The notes: a model not told the origin generated them from the letters alone. DNA of 64,000 nt from Nageia nagi (GCA_050084985.1 JBITNC010000001.1:211730001-211794000), one strand, 5' to 3'. Shown: positions 24,203 to 36,726, counted from the first letter of the stretch. Numbers and translations are program-made.

Positions 24203-24314
24203 TTGTTTATGTTACTGTTAGTGACTTTTTTTTATTTTTTTTTTATGGCTGTTAGTGATTGTCACTAACAACCATAAAAAATAAAAAAAAAGTCAATAAC
24301 AGTAACATAAACAA
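24203..24314. repeat. Long near-perfect inverted repeat (~55-bp arms, 3-nt loop)
   Basis: ttgtttatgttactgttagtgac(t)n..atggctgttagtga-ttg-tcactaacaaccat(a)n..gtcaataacagtaacataaacaa. Confidence 0.85.
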
Positions 24315-24815
24315 GCCATTTGATAGCAAGAGAGTTATTGTTAGTGTGCATACATCAATAGCAAGGTTGAAGTCTATGTAGTATGAACTAAATGCATGTA
24401 TAAGCAATGAGGACTCATTTATCACAACAAATGGGGATTGTTTCCAACAGTATACATGAAAAAAATTGGAATGGTAGATAAAATAAAAATAAAGTTTCTT
24501 GGAATAAAAGACAAAATAGAAGAAAAACTTACCTCAATGCTACTTTTCACTTTTTGTTTTCCTTCTCTCCTCTTCATTGCTGCTCTTCTCTTGTTTTGGT
24601 GGGTATTGCAAATGACAAAATGATTGCAATGCCAATATAAAAGCATGTTTTTAGGGTTGGGATAGTGGAGACCCTTGTGGGACCCACCCACCTAAAGTTT
24701 ATTAAAAGAAACTTCAAAAAAATGTTGAGAATTTTTTTTGAAGTGTCCAGCACCAGCTAGATGAGGGGGATAGTCGAGGGACGACTAGCCGTCCCCTGGC
24801 TGTCCTTGTTGATGG

Positions 24816-25154
24816 CTAAGTTGCAAGAAACTTCCAAAACAATTGCGTTCGTGTTTCGGAACCTTCCAAAAACTCAGAAACTTGTAAAGCCTCATCTATA
24901 AAGGCTTATTTGGATTTTGCATCATGTAATCATCTATGGGAGTTAATATAAACATGGTTTTCCTTCTAAAATGTTATTTATATGTATCATTCTTATTTTT
25001 TTGCATGTGGTATTCTTTTTTTTTGAAAAAAAGAAGATATGTATATATTTTTTATATAATGTGTTTCCCCAATGTCCCTATTTTGGAGTGGTCACGTTTC
25101 TAGGTGTTCCCGTTTTGGAAACTTGGAAACATTTCCACGTTTCGTTGAACTTAG
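24816..25154. mobile_element. hAT-type MITE (339 bp)
   Basis: TIRs CTAAGTTGCAAGAAAC / GTTTCGTTGAACTTAG and a perfect 8-bp TSD GTTGATGG (24808-24815 / 25155-25162). Confidence 0.9.
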
Positions 25155-25549
25155 GTTGATGGATTCCCATCCCCTAGTACTCCCCATTTTTCAAAAATGA
25201 AGGAAACATCCCCCAGTCTTTGGAAATCATCCTGGGAATGTCCCCTCCACACACCCTAAAAAAGGGACGGCTGAAAAATGTCCCAAGGCATCCCCCAGTC
25301 TTGAGGATGGGGAAACGAGTTAAAAAAATTCGGGGACTCATTCCCTAATAACGTTGGTTTTGCAGGAGCACTTTTCTTCTTGGTCTTGATAATTACTTGG
25401 CACCCTTAACGGATATGTTTCATTCCCTTGTACTCTGCTGGAATCTTACCTCTGAATTTATTGATTGCAAACTGTTGATTATTTGTTGAGATGGAGAATT
25501 GAAACAAATATGGTAATGATTTTGAGTTGAAGCATGTGTTACTGCATAG

Positions 25550-25701
25550 GTTGGTCTACTTCTTGACAGACAAGAATTCCAGCAGAGAGTTGATCATTAT
25601 AGCATGATTCATGGTCAACCTGAGCACTGGATGAACCCTGGCCCTTTCCAACGTGTTGAATTTCAGCAAGCACTTGGCAGTCACCTTGCTGGAAAGGACA
25701 G
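25550..25701 (+). CDS. MED23: Mediator subunit 23, internal coding exon (sixth from last)
   Basis: AG acceptor 25548-49 and GT donor 25702. Encodes VGLLLDRQEFQQRVDHYSMIHGQPEHWMNPGPFQRVEFQQALGSHLAGKD(R), matching the plant MED23 LDRQE..PEHW..QKALGNHL.WKDRYP segment. The phase-2 end joins the 56171 exon. Confidence 0.92.
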
Positions 25702-26699
25702 GTTAGTTGCATTACTTTTGTCTCTTTGCTTTACTCTTCCTCTTTGTACGAGCTACCCATCTTTCTATGGTTGCAAACCATTTATTTAGTCATTTTATCA
25801 TGACAGTAATTCAATCTAAATAAAAATATGAACTTATCCCCTATTTTTGAGGTAATTGTTAATATCTATGTGCAATCAATTAGGATTCCTTTATGCATTT
25901 TATAATATATTAAGCCATAGGTAATGTTCAATTTATCTTACCATTATCATTAGCCATATATATTGTTATTTCCATATAAAATTCTACATTGAAGACAGTG
26001 TGCCTAATAATTTCAATGCATCTCTTCATTTTTGTCTCTGCTTGATATGTAACTTTTGTATCTCTACTTCCTGTCAATAGAGAAAACTTAAGGATCGCTT
26101 AATAGCCCTACATTTTTTCTTAACTTCTGCTACATTTCTAGTCTGCAACAAAACTTGTGTAATGTATTTATCAATGTGTTTTCCCGATTATAAATTATCA
26201 AGGATTATAGGCTAAATGCATTCTTTGAGTTCTTGAGGGCATATTGATCTAAATACTTTATCAGCCATCTGCTGGCACTAAAAAAGAAAAATTCATTGTA
26301 CAGATTCATTTGCATTTCCTCCTCGAGTGATGGAAAATGGGCATAGTTTGCCAGTTTTTTCTTAATTCAGATGAGTGAAGTAAAAAATTATCTGTTTTGC
26401 ATTGAGTGATTCGAATTGCAATAAAGCAACCATCAGCCATGACATATGTGGTTGGGGTTTTCTTGGTAGATACATTATTTTAGTCTGTATTGCAAATGGG
26501 AAAGAAACACTAAGGCATTAGAAATTTTGCAACGGAATACCATTCCTCTCTCTACTAAAATATGAGACAAATATAAGATAAAACAATGATAAAAACATAG
26601 GAACATCATCACATTTATTGCATCAAACACCAAACATTGCAATTAGTCATATTGATTATGTGTGACCTAACATAAGACTTTCAAATTTGTCTTTTGCAT

Positions 26700-28040
26700 G
26701 GTAGCTGTTGACACAAATAAAAAAAGAAGAGAAAAGAACAACGTATAAAAATTTATATATTTGTTTATGTTTGCTAAATGAAAATGGATTGTTCCCAAGG
26801 GGACAATGCATTGGTTAATGCTTTGATTGATCTTTGGAAGGTCCCAGGTTCGAATCACATTGGTTGTTCTATTACATTGTAGCAAGGCTACAATTTGGCT
26901 ACAGTCGTGCTACTGCCCACAAGTTGTTAGGTGGATAGTGGAGACTTTAAAAGATTCACCCTACTGATAGCCATGAGAGGGTTCCTAGAACAGTTTGCCT
27001 TATAATCTCATAAAAAAAATGAAAATGGATTAATAGCTAAATGCAATATAGAGAACTATCAATTAAGATTTCATAAATTGGCAATATGAGATATAGAGAA
27101 CTTATCGAGGCGATGCGGTATTGGAAGCTTGTTGACGAAAAGCTTGTGTTCTTGGAGGGAGAATCCTAGTTGTAGCTGATCTAGATAATTCTAGAGATAA
27201 TGATTCTCAAAATGATAATTTTGCAAAGATGTTGCTAGAATTGATATACAAACAAATCAAGAATGATTTGGTTCAATTGTAAGGGTTGCTAAAGGTTTAG
27301 GATCAGAGAATCTACATTTTGGGCTTGCAGTGCTGAAGTGCTAGGCATTTTGGGCTTGAGTGCTAGAACTTTGAGCATTTTAGGTCTAGGTGCTATAACA
27401 TTGGGCATTCTCACTTGGTTGCTTGTTCAACCAATGATTTGTTTCTTCATTTGCTTGGATGATTCTGATAATATTACCGTGATGATAGAAGATAATCTTG
27501 TGTGGTGATTATTACTTATGGTATTTCAAATGGCTTGTTCATTATGTTTGCAATGAACACATAGGAGTGCTTTGTAAAGGATTCACACAAAATTGATTTT
27601 TAGTTCATGTAAGTTGTGTAAGGCCCAGTATGAGGATGCAAATACGAAATAGTATTAGCTCCAAAAAGCCATATTACATTCTAAATTGATAAGCATAAAA
27701 AAAAGGATAAGGATATGTATGTCCTTCAAGAAACCTTAAAATCTCCTAGTGACTCTTCAACTTTCTAATGACATGACTTTCTAAAGATGTGAAATTTCTT
27801 CTGCTTACAAATATGAAAATACTAAATATAAAATATTTTCCCACACACCTAAATCTAATTAATATTTAGAAGAAACGTTAATCCCTAAGCATTAGATTTC
27901 CAACAAGTGGACCCACTTAAAATAATGTGCATAGAAGGTAATACTTAAATTATTTCAAATAACTTCAAGTGGGTTCAAAATTGACATTTTACATAAATCA
28001 AATAAAACTCTTCAATAAATACATTTTAAATAAACATGTC
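26700..28040. repeat. Unclassified dispersed repeat, copy 1. Copy 2 is ~32950-33424 plus 52840-53130, split by element F.
   Basis: Shared blocks gattaatagctaaatgcaa, cttgtgttcttgga, ggttcaattgtaagggttg, aaggattcaca and caaaattgacattt. Contains an internal 30-bp-period gggcatt repeat. Confidence 0.7.
26791..27016 (+). mobile_element. tRNA-derived SINE (~226 bp)
   Basis: Box B GGTTCGAATC 26847-26856, degenerate box A ~26805-26815, short A tail, and a perfect 15-bp TSD AAATGAAAATGGATT (26776-26790 / 27017-27031). Confidence 0.88.
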
Positions 28041-29901
28041 TACAATTTCTCCCTTTTGGGGATATGGTTGAGGGAAAGAACTTGAAATCATAATTCTAAA
28101 ATAAAAATGATATAACATTTTGATGGAGTTTTGCACTCTTGCTTGTGAGGATCTTGCAAAATAGAAAAGCAACTTTTGAAAAACATGAAATCATCAAACC
28201 TTTTGTGATATGGCTAGAGACCTATTCTTGCCTAAATGGTTGAGAAGGATAGACGAGAGCTTGGTTGCGCATGTTCTTTCCAAGTGAAGCAAATGGCGTT
28301 GATTGCCCCTTTTGCTTTGGGCTACTTGTGAAAGCATGTTTTGAAACATGGAGTTCAAAGTAAAATGTTCGAAACTTGCAAAATAAATACAAATGGGAGA
28401 GTTGGTTGCTTGTCCTAGATGGTCATAGGGGATATGCGCCCTGCCCCGCCTCGCTCCACCGCGCCCAACCCTTTTTGTTGTTGGTAGAGATAAAACTTGA
28501 TAATCATGCCGTGATAATTCATAAAATGATATTTTAAAATGAAAATTGAGTAGATAATATTATAGAAATGACACTTAAACATATGATATTTCAATCATGA
28601 TTTTTCTTCAATGATAATTTCAAAAGTAAGTGCAAAAATCATAATATATTCAGAGTTACAAAAATGAAAAATGCAGTTTCAGCATAGAAAAATACATAAA
28701 TGCTATTTCGAAAAATGACAAATCATAATAACGATACATATTGTAGACATTCTGAACAGTTGTCAAATTTTGTGAAGTGTGTGAGAAAAAAAGGAAATGA
28801 CATCCAAAACATTGGCATTCTGGGATGTGGTCCTAAACCATGTGTGTTCTGGAATGAGATGTCTTATGGTGTATGCATCTAGGAGTGTATTCCATTGCAT
28901 GAGCAATTTAAGAAATGATATTTTGGGATGCATTAAGATAGGAAAATACTGAAATGTTTTTTTTTAACTAATTTCTGAATAACAATCACTGAATTGGTAA
29001 TATTTAAATTTAGTTTTAGACATGATTAATGAAAGTATGCAACATCGGAAATGATAGATGCAAAAACGACACTTTTTACTTGCAACTTTAGTAGACAAAA
29101 CATGATAAAGTTAGAAATGATCTTTCAGACAAGGATGTGTAAAAAACATACAAATTTCATTTATACATTGTTTTTGCAAATTTTTTCAAGATATATAGGA
29201 AAAAATGCATTTGGGCCTAGAGCATTGTGTTCTAGGATGCTTTGTCCCAAAGTCCACAAATTCTAGAATTGGGAATCCTAGAGCATTTGCATTCTAAGAC
29301 TATGTCCCCCAAAGTGTAAGGATTCTAGGAAGATGATATTTTGAGATGCAATAAGACAAAAAATATAGAAATATAGTCTAATTTAACTTGAAAGTGCAAA
29401 AACTATAAAAATATTAGTTGAAATAAATTAAGGTTTAAACATAGTATCTTTCTGGATGCATGATGTTCATGGGTTTTGGAAGTTCCTTACCATCCATTGT
29501 TGACAACTTGTATAATACGGGGGATTGTCCCATTACTCATAGAAATGAGTACAATTCCTACTCTTGTCCGATAGGCATATTTGGAGCCATTAGAGAATAG
29601 TTTCTATATGTGATCTTTAATTTCATGGGAATTGTACCGTTGCCCAAAAAGATAAGCATAATTTCTGTGACATTCCATAATTAGAATATTACATGATTAA
29701 ATAAATATAAAATATATTTATTAATTAATTAGGTGTGATTTGGTTTTTTATTGTAAAAACCCCTTTTTTAGTAGAGTAGGCCCATTTATTATTTAGGTGT
29801 ACTAATGTATAGATCAAAATCATGGGAAGGGATTTGGCACGCATCATGGTTGTCTTCGTTTGTAGATGCCTATTGCTGATTTTTTTTTAGTTGTCGAAGA
29901 C

Positions 29902-30282
29902 CATAGTTGTAAAAATTGAATCGGAATCAGATAAAATCAGAATTGGCCAAGCAAACAATCCGATTCAAATCGGATCCGATTTTTTTCAATTAAGTGTTTA
30001 TCCGATTTTTTCCTATTCCGATTCCGATTTTTTAGACAAAAGAATGGTGATTTTTTTGGAAAAAAATTGGCGTTGAATCGATCGATGAAATTTTGCCGAT
30101 TTTATTCGATTTTTTGGCTGATTTTATCTGATTTCTTGAGATTTAGCTAAAACCGAAGAAATTCCTTCATTTTTTCTCATGTCGATTTTATCTGATTTTT
30201 TTGCTGATTTTGTCCAATTTTTCAAAAAATCGGAATCCTGCAACCAAACGATTCTAATCCGATTACGATTTTTCTAACTATG
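29902..30282. mobile_element. hAT-type MITE (381 bp) with CCGAT/ATCGG subterminal repeats
   Basis: TIRs CATAGTTGTAAAAATTG / CGATTTTTCTAACTATG and an 8-bp TSD TCGAAGAC/TTGAATAC (6 of 8). Confidence 0.8.
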
Positions 30283-30290
30283 TTGAATAC

Positions 30291-31141
30291 TATCCCAAAA
30301 TGGCCTTGCCAAGTACGCTTTGAGTTTGAGTTTTTCAACGATGGAATAATTGTTTGATGGTAACAACAATATGATTTTTCCAATGCCAAACAATATTTGT
30401 CATGTTGGGCCCTTTTTGGAGGTAATATGGTCAACTTGTTTTGCAATAGGTCATTAAGGATTATTCCTGATGGTAGTGGAGAAAAAGGTTTATCCACTCT
30501 TTGAGTTTGAGACCTTGTTAGTTGAATTGATTGATCATTACCTTTAGCTGCATTCATTGCTCTTTATGGGATAGGGATTTTTGGCATTGTAACCAACATT
30601 ATGGTTTTCATATTTGATTAGTTTTGCCTCAAGTAAGAACTTCTCTTTGTTGAACATCCTTTGAGTCAAATTATTCACAAGGATCTCAGACATCTAATTC
30701 CTCTATTGAAGTGTGAATGCTTTGTCATAGTTTTTTGAACCTTAGAATATATATCTCAAGCTTCTTAGTAGGTCCTTGTTGAATTGCATAGAGATATGCT
30801 AATGTAGTTGGATTAAATGCATTAGCTATTTCTTCAAAATTGTGGAGAGATATGGGAGCAAGTTTGTAAAATGAATCAAATGTTTCACCTTTTAAAACTC
30901 CTAAGTAAGAATCTAGCTATTAGTTTATCATCATTTCTAAATTTCACATTACGTTCTTATTGAAACAATAACAAATGTTTTCTTTGATCTACTTCTTCAT
31001 TAAACATTTCAAATGTTGGAGATTTTAATCATGAGAAAATGTATTTTGAATTTCTAAAGAAAGAGAACTTTGGTTTAGAGTTTTGTAAGAGTAATGTGGA
31101 TCACTTCGAGTTTTCAAAGATTTTATATCAGCCCTAGTTTG
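30291..31141 (-). mobile_element. Highly decayed Gypsy gag-like remnant
   Basis: Minus frames read LYAIQQGPTKKLEIYILRFKKL (Retrotrans_gag-like) and YCCYHQT. Confidence 0.45.
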
Positions 31142-32308
31142 TGTAATGTACCTTTCTATGGTTTATCCAATTTAGCATTCAATTCCGCATTCATTCACAA
31201 ATTAGGGCATCAATGAACATGCTTACTAACTATCCAAAATATGCGCTCAAACTGGAATATAACAACAGTAGTCAAATCTGATATAAAACTCTTATAACAT
31301 ATGAATGTGACCAAAACTAAGACACAAATCAGATTTGTTACGTAAGAAAAATATAGCTCCAAAAGTGCTCAATTCACATACATTTCCATGCACAAAGAAG
31401 ATAGATGCATAGCAGAAAATTAGAAATATATAGGAACATTCATTCACATTCAAGACACAATATGAGAGCCAATATCATCAATAATGAACCAAGAATAAGT
31501 ATAGGAATGTAACAAACTTGTAACAAGTTCTACGGCAAAGCCCAAGACTCCGAAATGCTCAAACTAGACTCCTCAAGGATGGCACAAGTCCCAAGGCAGC
31601 TCCCAAGCTTGGTGCAAGTCTCAAGATGACTCCTAATGGTTGGCGCAAGCTCCCTAATGGCAAGATAGATAGATGCAAGCTCTCCAACAAGTGTTGAAGT
31701 GTAGATGAGCCACTTCTAGGTTAGGAATTACCCCTAAGCCCTAGAAGGGAAACATCCCTAAGCTCTGAATGATCCAAGATCGAATGCACAAGATGATGTC
31801 TTCAAATGAGGTGCTTACTTCTCTTTTATAGTGAGCTAGAAGAAGTCGAATTCTAATTTGTTATTGACCTACCCAACCCAGAAATATAAATAACTCCTAA
31901 TTGACAAATGATTCCTCCTAAGCTAGACGTTGGGTAATTAAGGAATAATATATTTTCTTGGTACAAAACATGGCCCACCTTTATTAAAATATAACAAATA
32001 CTCCTAATCTAAATATAATTCACTCCTATTACCCCTCATAGGCCAAACCATTAATTTTCAGTGTCACAAATGACACTAAGTACAATATTAATAAAGTGGG
32101 TCCCACGCGCATGACAATAGAAACTGGCTTTGGAAGTGAATCTTCAAAAGTCCATAACTTCCTCGTTTCTTGACGGAACCATTTCGTGTAACCTTTCAAA
32201 ATGATTGACACGAGATTCTCTATCCATTTCAGGAGACAAGTTGGCGATCCATGGATTGTGATGAAAGTTATGCCTTCAACAAGGTTCCTTGAAATTGGGG
32301 ACATTACA
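31142..32308 (-). mobile_element. Solo LTR (1167 bp)
   Basis: TGTAATGTACC...GGGGACATTACA, TSD GTTTG/ATTTG, reverse-strand TATA at ~31823-31831. Confidence 0.82.
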
Positions 32309-32554
32309 ATTTGATCCAATAGTTTTGTCATTTCTATTTTTTCTAATTTTGCTTTTACTAAAAAGTGGGCAGAGTTTGACTTTCAACATTTTGACTATTG
32401 TTATTGTTTTGTGACAAAAGTTGGTATTCATTTTCCATACCATTTTCTTGAAAAAATTGTTGGATCAGATTTGAACTATTGTAATATGAAGCCATGATAC
32501 CCAAAGGTTAAATCTAAGGTTTTGATAAGGCTTTGGATTAGATAGCGTTTTTCT

Positions 32555-32730
32555 CAGGGTTCCACAGGAATGCTTTCCCCCTCTTGGTGGAGGCATTCCC
32601 GATACTTGGCGAACGCGTTCCTATGCTCACTTGTTCCCTCGTTCCCCAATGAAATTAGACTAATTCCCCATTCCTGATACGTTCCCCTGTTCTCCACATT
32701 CCTCCGTCCTCGAAGCCTTGTGGAACCTTG
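32555..32730. mobile_element. hAT-type MITE (176 bp)
   Basis: TIRs CAGGGTTCCACAGG / CCTTGTGGAACCTTG, an 8-bp TSD GTTTTTCT/TTTTTTCT, and TTCCC subterminal repeats. Confidence 0.82.
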
Positions 32731-34312
32731 TTTTTTCTAGATTTTTAGATGAATTTTCATAAGTGCTTTTTTGAAAGACTAGGCACACAAAAATCTGAGT
32801 TTATGCAAGGTTTTAGGCTGGGTAGGGATGATTAGATCTACGAAAAATATTGGCAAACTCTAATGTTTTGGTCAAAGATGTTTTAAGCATTTGACTAACC
32901 AAAAAGCTAGTGTTTTGAAAAAGAAAACATAATTGGGTTGACCAATTTGTAGACACAAAAGAGAGAACAATGCATTTATTTTATTAATGTATACTAAATT
33001 AAAATAGATTAATAGCTAAATGCAACACATAATCTAACAACTATAATTTCACAACTTAACAAAAGCAAATATAGAGAACTGATTTGGATAGTGGGCGATA
33101 GGAAGCTTGTTGGTGGGCAACTTGTGTTCTTGGATGGCAAACCTTAGTTGTAGCAAATTTGGATAATTTTGGAGATGATGATTTTGAATATGATAATTTT
33201 GAAGATGATTATGTCGGGATGATGCTAGAATTGTTATGTGGACAAATTTGGAATGACCTGGTTCAATTGTAAGGGTTGTTGAAGCTTGAGACTAGAGTGT
33301 TTGTATTTGGGCCTATGATACTAAAGCATTGGGCATTCTAGGCTTGGGTGTCAAAACATTGGGCATTCTAACCTAGACATTGGTTCGGCTTGTGCTTTGC
33401 TCCTTGAATTGCTTGGATGATTATTTTAATATTCCCAAATTTCGGCATCACCTCACTACGACACAAGGAAGTGGGATGTTCACCCTCATTGTGCTCTTTT
33501 AGCTATTTAGGAGTATTTTATTAGTTTTAGAGTAAATTTGGGAATATTATGATAATCTCGACAATATTAAAGATCTTTTGATGTAAAGTTCCACTTAGAG
33601 GCTGTCTAACATGGGATGTTGGACTTTAGGAGTCATTATTTGTTATTTTAATTAGCAAGTTATTTGTAATTTGTATGGGCCATTTAAGGATGCCAAATAA
33701 TGTTGTAATTTGTAATACCAAGGAAAATAATATTTGTAAATGCAATATTAGTCTCCCTAGTAAGGCATTGCATATCTTGGGCTTGATGAATTGTAATTTG
33801 GTATCTTGAGGCACTTAGAAGCCTCTACATGTAATTTCACTCCCCTCTGTGATGAGCCTAACTTGGGCTCACTTGGATTTCACCCAAATCCCACTAGTCT
33901 AGAATCTAATTAGCAAGCAAAGCCATCAAACATGCCCTAAGGAGAGGGATGTTGGCTTGCAAAACTCTGGATCTCACCAATCAAGCTCAGATTATGCAAA
34001 TAATCCCAACGTCTAGCTATTGGCAATTAAGAATTAAACAACCTCCACATCTAGCAATAATGATAAGAACTCAAAAAAATATCCAACGTAGGTTTAGGTG
34101 AGCCATAGCACAAGAAAAAACACAATAATGCATTTCTAGATCCAACGTCTAGGTAGGAAGGGAAAATATGCAACACACGCCCACAACTATGCCAAATATC
34201 CAACTTCAAAACCAAGATGAGACAATAACAAGAATATAGAAAATTAATGGAATTGTATTTGAACATGGAAATGGTAGTGAACCTCAATTACAATATTAAT
34301 GCTCAAGAAGAC

Positions 34313-36726
34313 TATGATGTTCCCCTTTGTGATGACCTAAAATCACCCTTGGCAAAATCAATTCCAACTAGGACATTCAAACCCTTAACCAATGATGCAA
34401 ACACACCCACGTTGGGCCCCTAGGGAACCCAAACCCACTACAATGTAGGCATTAGCCTCCCAAGGCTTCCACTTGACCCCTACACCCTAACATCAGCCCT
34501 CTAGGGCACTATCCAACACTTGGCACCTCAACGAATGCCTCACAACTGAATATGCAATGCTTGAACACCCATGAATGCAACACAGATTGAACAGCACAAG
34601 AACGATGCTTCCAACACCAGTATATAAGATACACAACACATACAATGGACAACACAATGATGAGAGACGTAATATGTAATTTATTATGGTATGGAGATGG
34701 AGTACAATGAGGATCTCAACAGATCAGATCTAGGGTTCCAAACCCTTACAAGCCAAACATACAAACAGGATTAGACTCTCCCTCAGCTACCCGAATCCCC
34801 TCTTGTGAAGGAGTCTCCTCAAATACTAGCAACCGTTGAAGGTAGAAGCTCATCCTCGGAATTCCATTGGATGGGCTATGTGACCCACCTAAGCCGTAGA
34901 ATGTCAGGCTCCCAACCCCACTAGTCCTTTAGACCCCGTCTAGGAATAATGCTCACCGCTGCCAAGATTTGAATGCCCAATCGGGTTTGGTATAGAAGAA
35001 GTATAATCAATAGGTAACCTCATCATGGAGCTCCATCCTCAATATATAGCCGTTCGTGTCCATCTATCGTGCCTTGTTATCAACCCAAGCCAAGTCTAAT
35101 CCAACGTTGGGGTCAACAGGTTAGCCATGCCAACGTGGGGGTCATATTGGCACAGTATGCTAACGTGGGGTCCCATGGGCCCAGCATGTCAACGTGGGGG
35201 TCATAAAGGCCCTCAAGGATGACATGGGTTCTAATGAGCCTCCTAAGCTGACGTGGGGGTCCAAGTAGCCTCATAAGCCAACGTGGGGTATGTGGGGCCC
35301 TCCCAACGCTAGTATGCTCCTCTGTGCACTCTCGACTATACAAGACTCATGCCTATCTAGGGGTTCCCACAATCCGGGAAAACCCATTACAATTAACAAA
35401 ACACTACTCAAGGAGAGATATCTCATTATTGGGCTCATAGTGGGGTCCGCAAACCATAAGCTCTTGCTTGAGTTACACAAGTACAACATGACCGTAAACA
35501 AACACTAGAATACAAAGTGACCATGATACATTTTATCATTGGTCAAAATGGGACGTCACACCCTTCTACAATTGTAATTAATTCTGGAATCCAACGGATT
35601 ACCCCTTTGTATAATTAATTATTTAATTTGTGCTTTTTAGTTAATACTTGGGATAGAAGACATAATGGGCCGTTGGATCCCATTGTGAGCCCCAAGTGGT
35701 CCCCCTCCCAAGTGTAATTTAGTGTCTTTTAATGTAGTTGGAGATCCCGAAACATGATTGTGGGAATCCCAAGGTTTATTTAGCACTTAGAGCATGGATG
35801 AACACTTGTACACGTGCCAGTCTTGGGGAGACTTGTAAACCCCCACGTTGGCCCATGACACCCACATTGCCCCCTAGATGCCCACGCATGCCTTTTTGAG
35901 CCACACATTCATCCCTAAGCCCACATTGAGCTTGAGGACCTACGTGGAGCATGAGGGAGGCCTAGATACCCACGTTGGGCCTAGAATGACTCCTAGGTGC
36001 CATTGTTGGGGTTTGAGGGAACTGGGTGATGACTTTGAGGTGAGATCTAGATCCAGGAAAGCTATATTAGCTCTTGGAGCCTTATTGCTGGATATACAAA
36101 TTATTGATTATACACTTATTGTCTAGAGGACAAAAGTCTTGGCACAACGTCAAGCAACATCCCTAGGTGCAACATCTAGGAGGGTTGATAGGCTGAGGGA
36201 TCTTGTTAATCTACAGCTTTGGTGTAGCACCCTAGCCCATTCGGTGGTATTCCGAGGTCACATTTCCACCATTTAGTTGGTCGCCAGGGTTTGGAGAGGG
36301 CTCCTTCGGTGGAGAGGATTCAGATTCTGAGGGAGTGAGGCTATCCCATTCAGTGTTCTGTTCGTGTAGCTTTGAGGATATTCGTTGTGCCCTAGTTGGC
36401 TACTTGAAGGCCAATGTTGAGCCCTTTGGGCTTGGTATTGTATCTTGTTCCATCATATATCTTAATACAAGTCGTGGGCTATTGGATCTCATATTTGTAT
36501 TGTGCACTTCTCTATATATGCAACGCTGTGGTATGTTTTCCCTTTCATGCATGTTCTAGCTAGATGTTGGCATTATTGTGTTGTATAGACTTGTATTGGA
36601 TGCCCTAACCCTAACGTTGGCATATTGAGGTGTTGAATGATTGTTGATGCCCTTCTAGGCCAGATGTGGGTGCTTGTTCTGTTGAATTTGCTTAATTGTA
36701 TGTAAAATTGTGTTTGAGATTCTACA
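34313..36726 (+). mobile_element. Solo LTR (~1.18 kb net) nested in G
   Basis: TATGATGTTCCCC...TTCTACA with TSD AAGAC/AAGAT. Similar to 7756-8910. Confidence 0.82.
34328..35560 (-). mobile_element. Solo LTR (1233 bp) nested 15 bp inside the previous LTR
   Basis: TGTGATGACC...GGACGTCACA with a perfect TSD CCCTT. Confidence 0.92.

Larger units (their letters stand above)
19537..25356 (-). mobile_element. Decayed hAT DNA transposon with an intron-containing transposase pseudogene (~24089 to 19858)
   Basis: BED finger WLCHFCKSKF..VESHL..GC, DUF659-like GCSIVMDGWTD..RPLINI, TRYATYFILLERM, and dimerisation domain SQVASSSLVERNWSTYGFVH..RRNRL. Imperfect TIRs CAAGGTTCTTA / TAATAACGTTG and GGGGAC-rich subtermini. 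The TSD is not convincing. Confidence 0.9.

Noticed and set aside
19529-25364. 8-bp TSD for the large hAT element
   Set aside because: GTTAGAAA versus GTTTTGCA match at only 4 of 8, so the boundaries rest on TIR similarity and subterminal repeats alone.
25702-25789. ORF-track extensions of MED23 exons past splice sites (also 56145-56170, 56412-56495, 57302-57423, 57913-57963, 58178-58251)
   Set aside because: Homology ends at the splice sites, so the extensions are intron read-through.
26791-26870. Functional tRNA gene
   Set aside because: Only box B is good and no convincing cloverleaf forms. The A tail and 15-bp TSD indicate a SINE.
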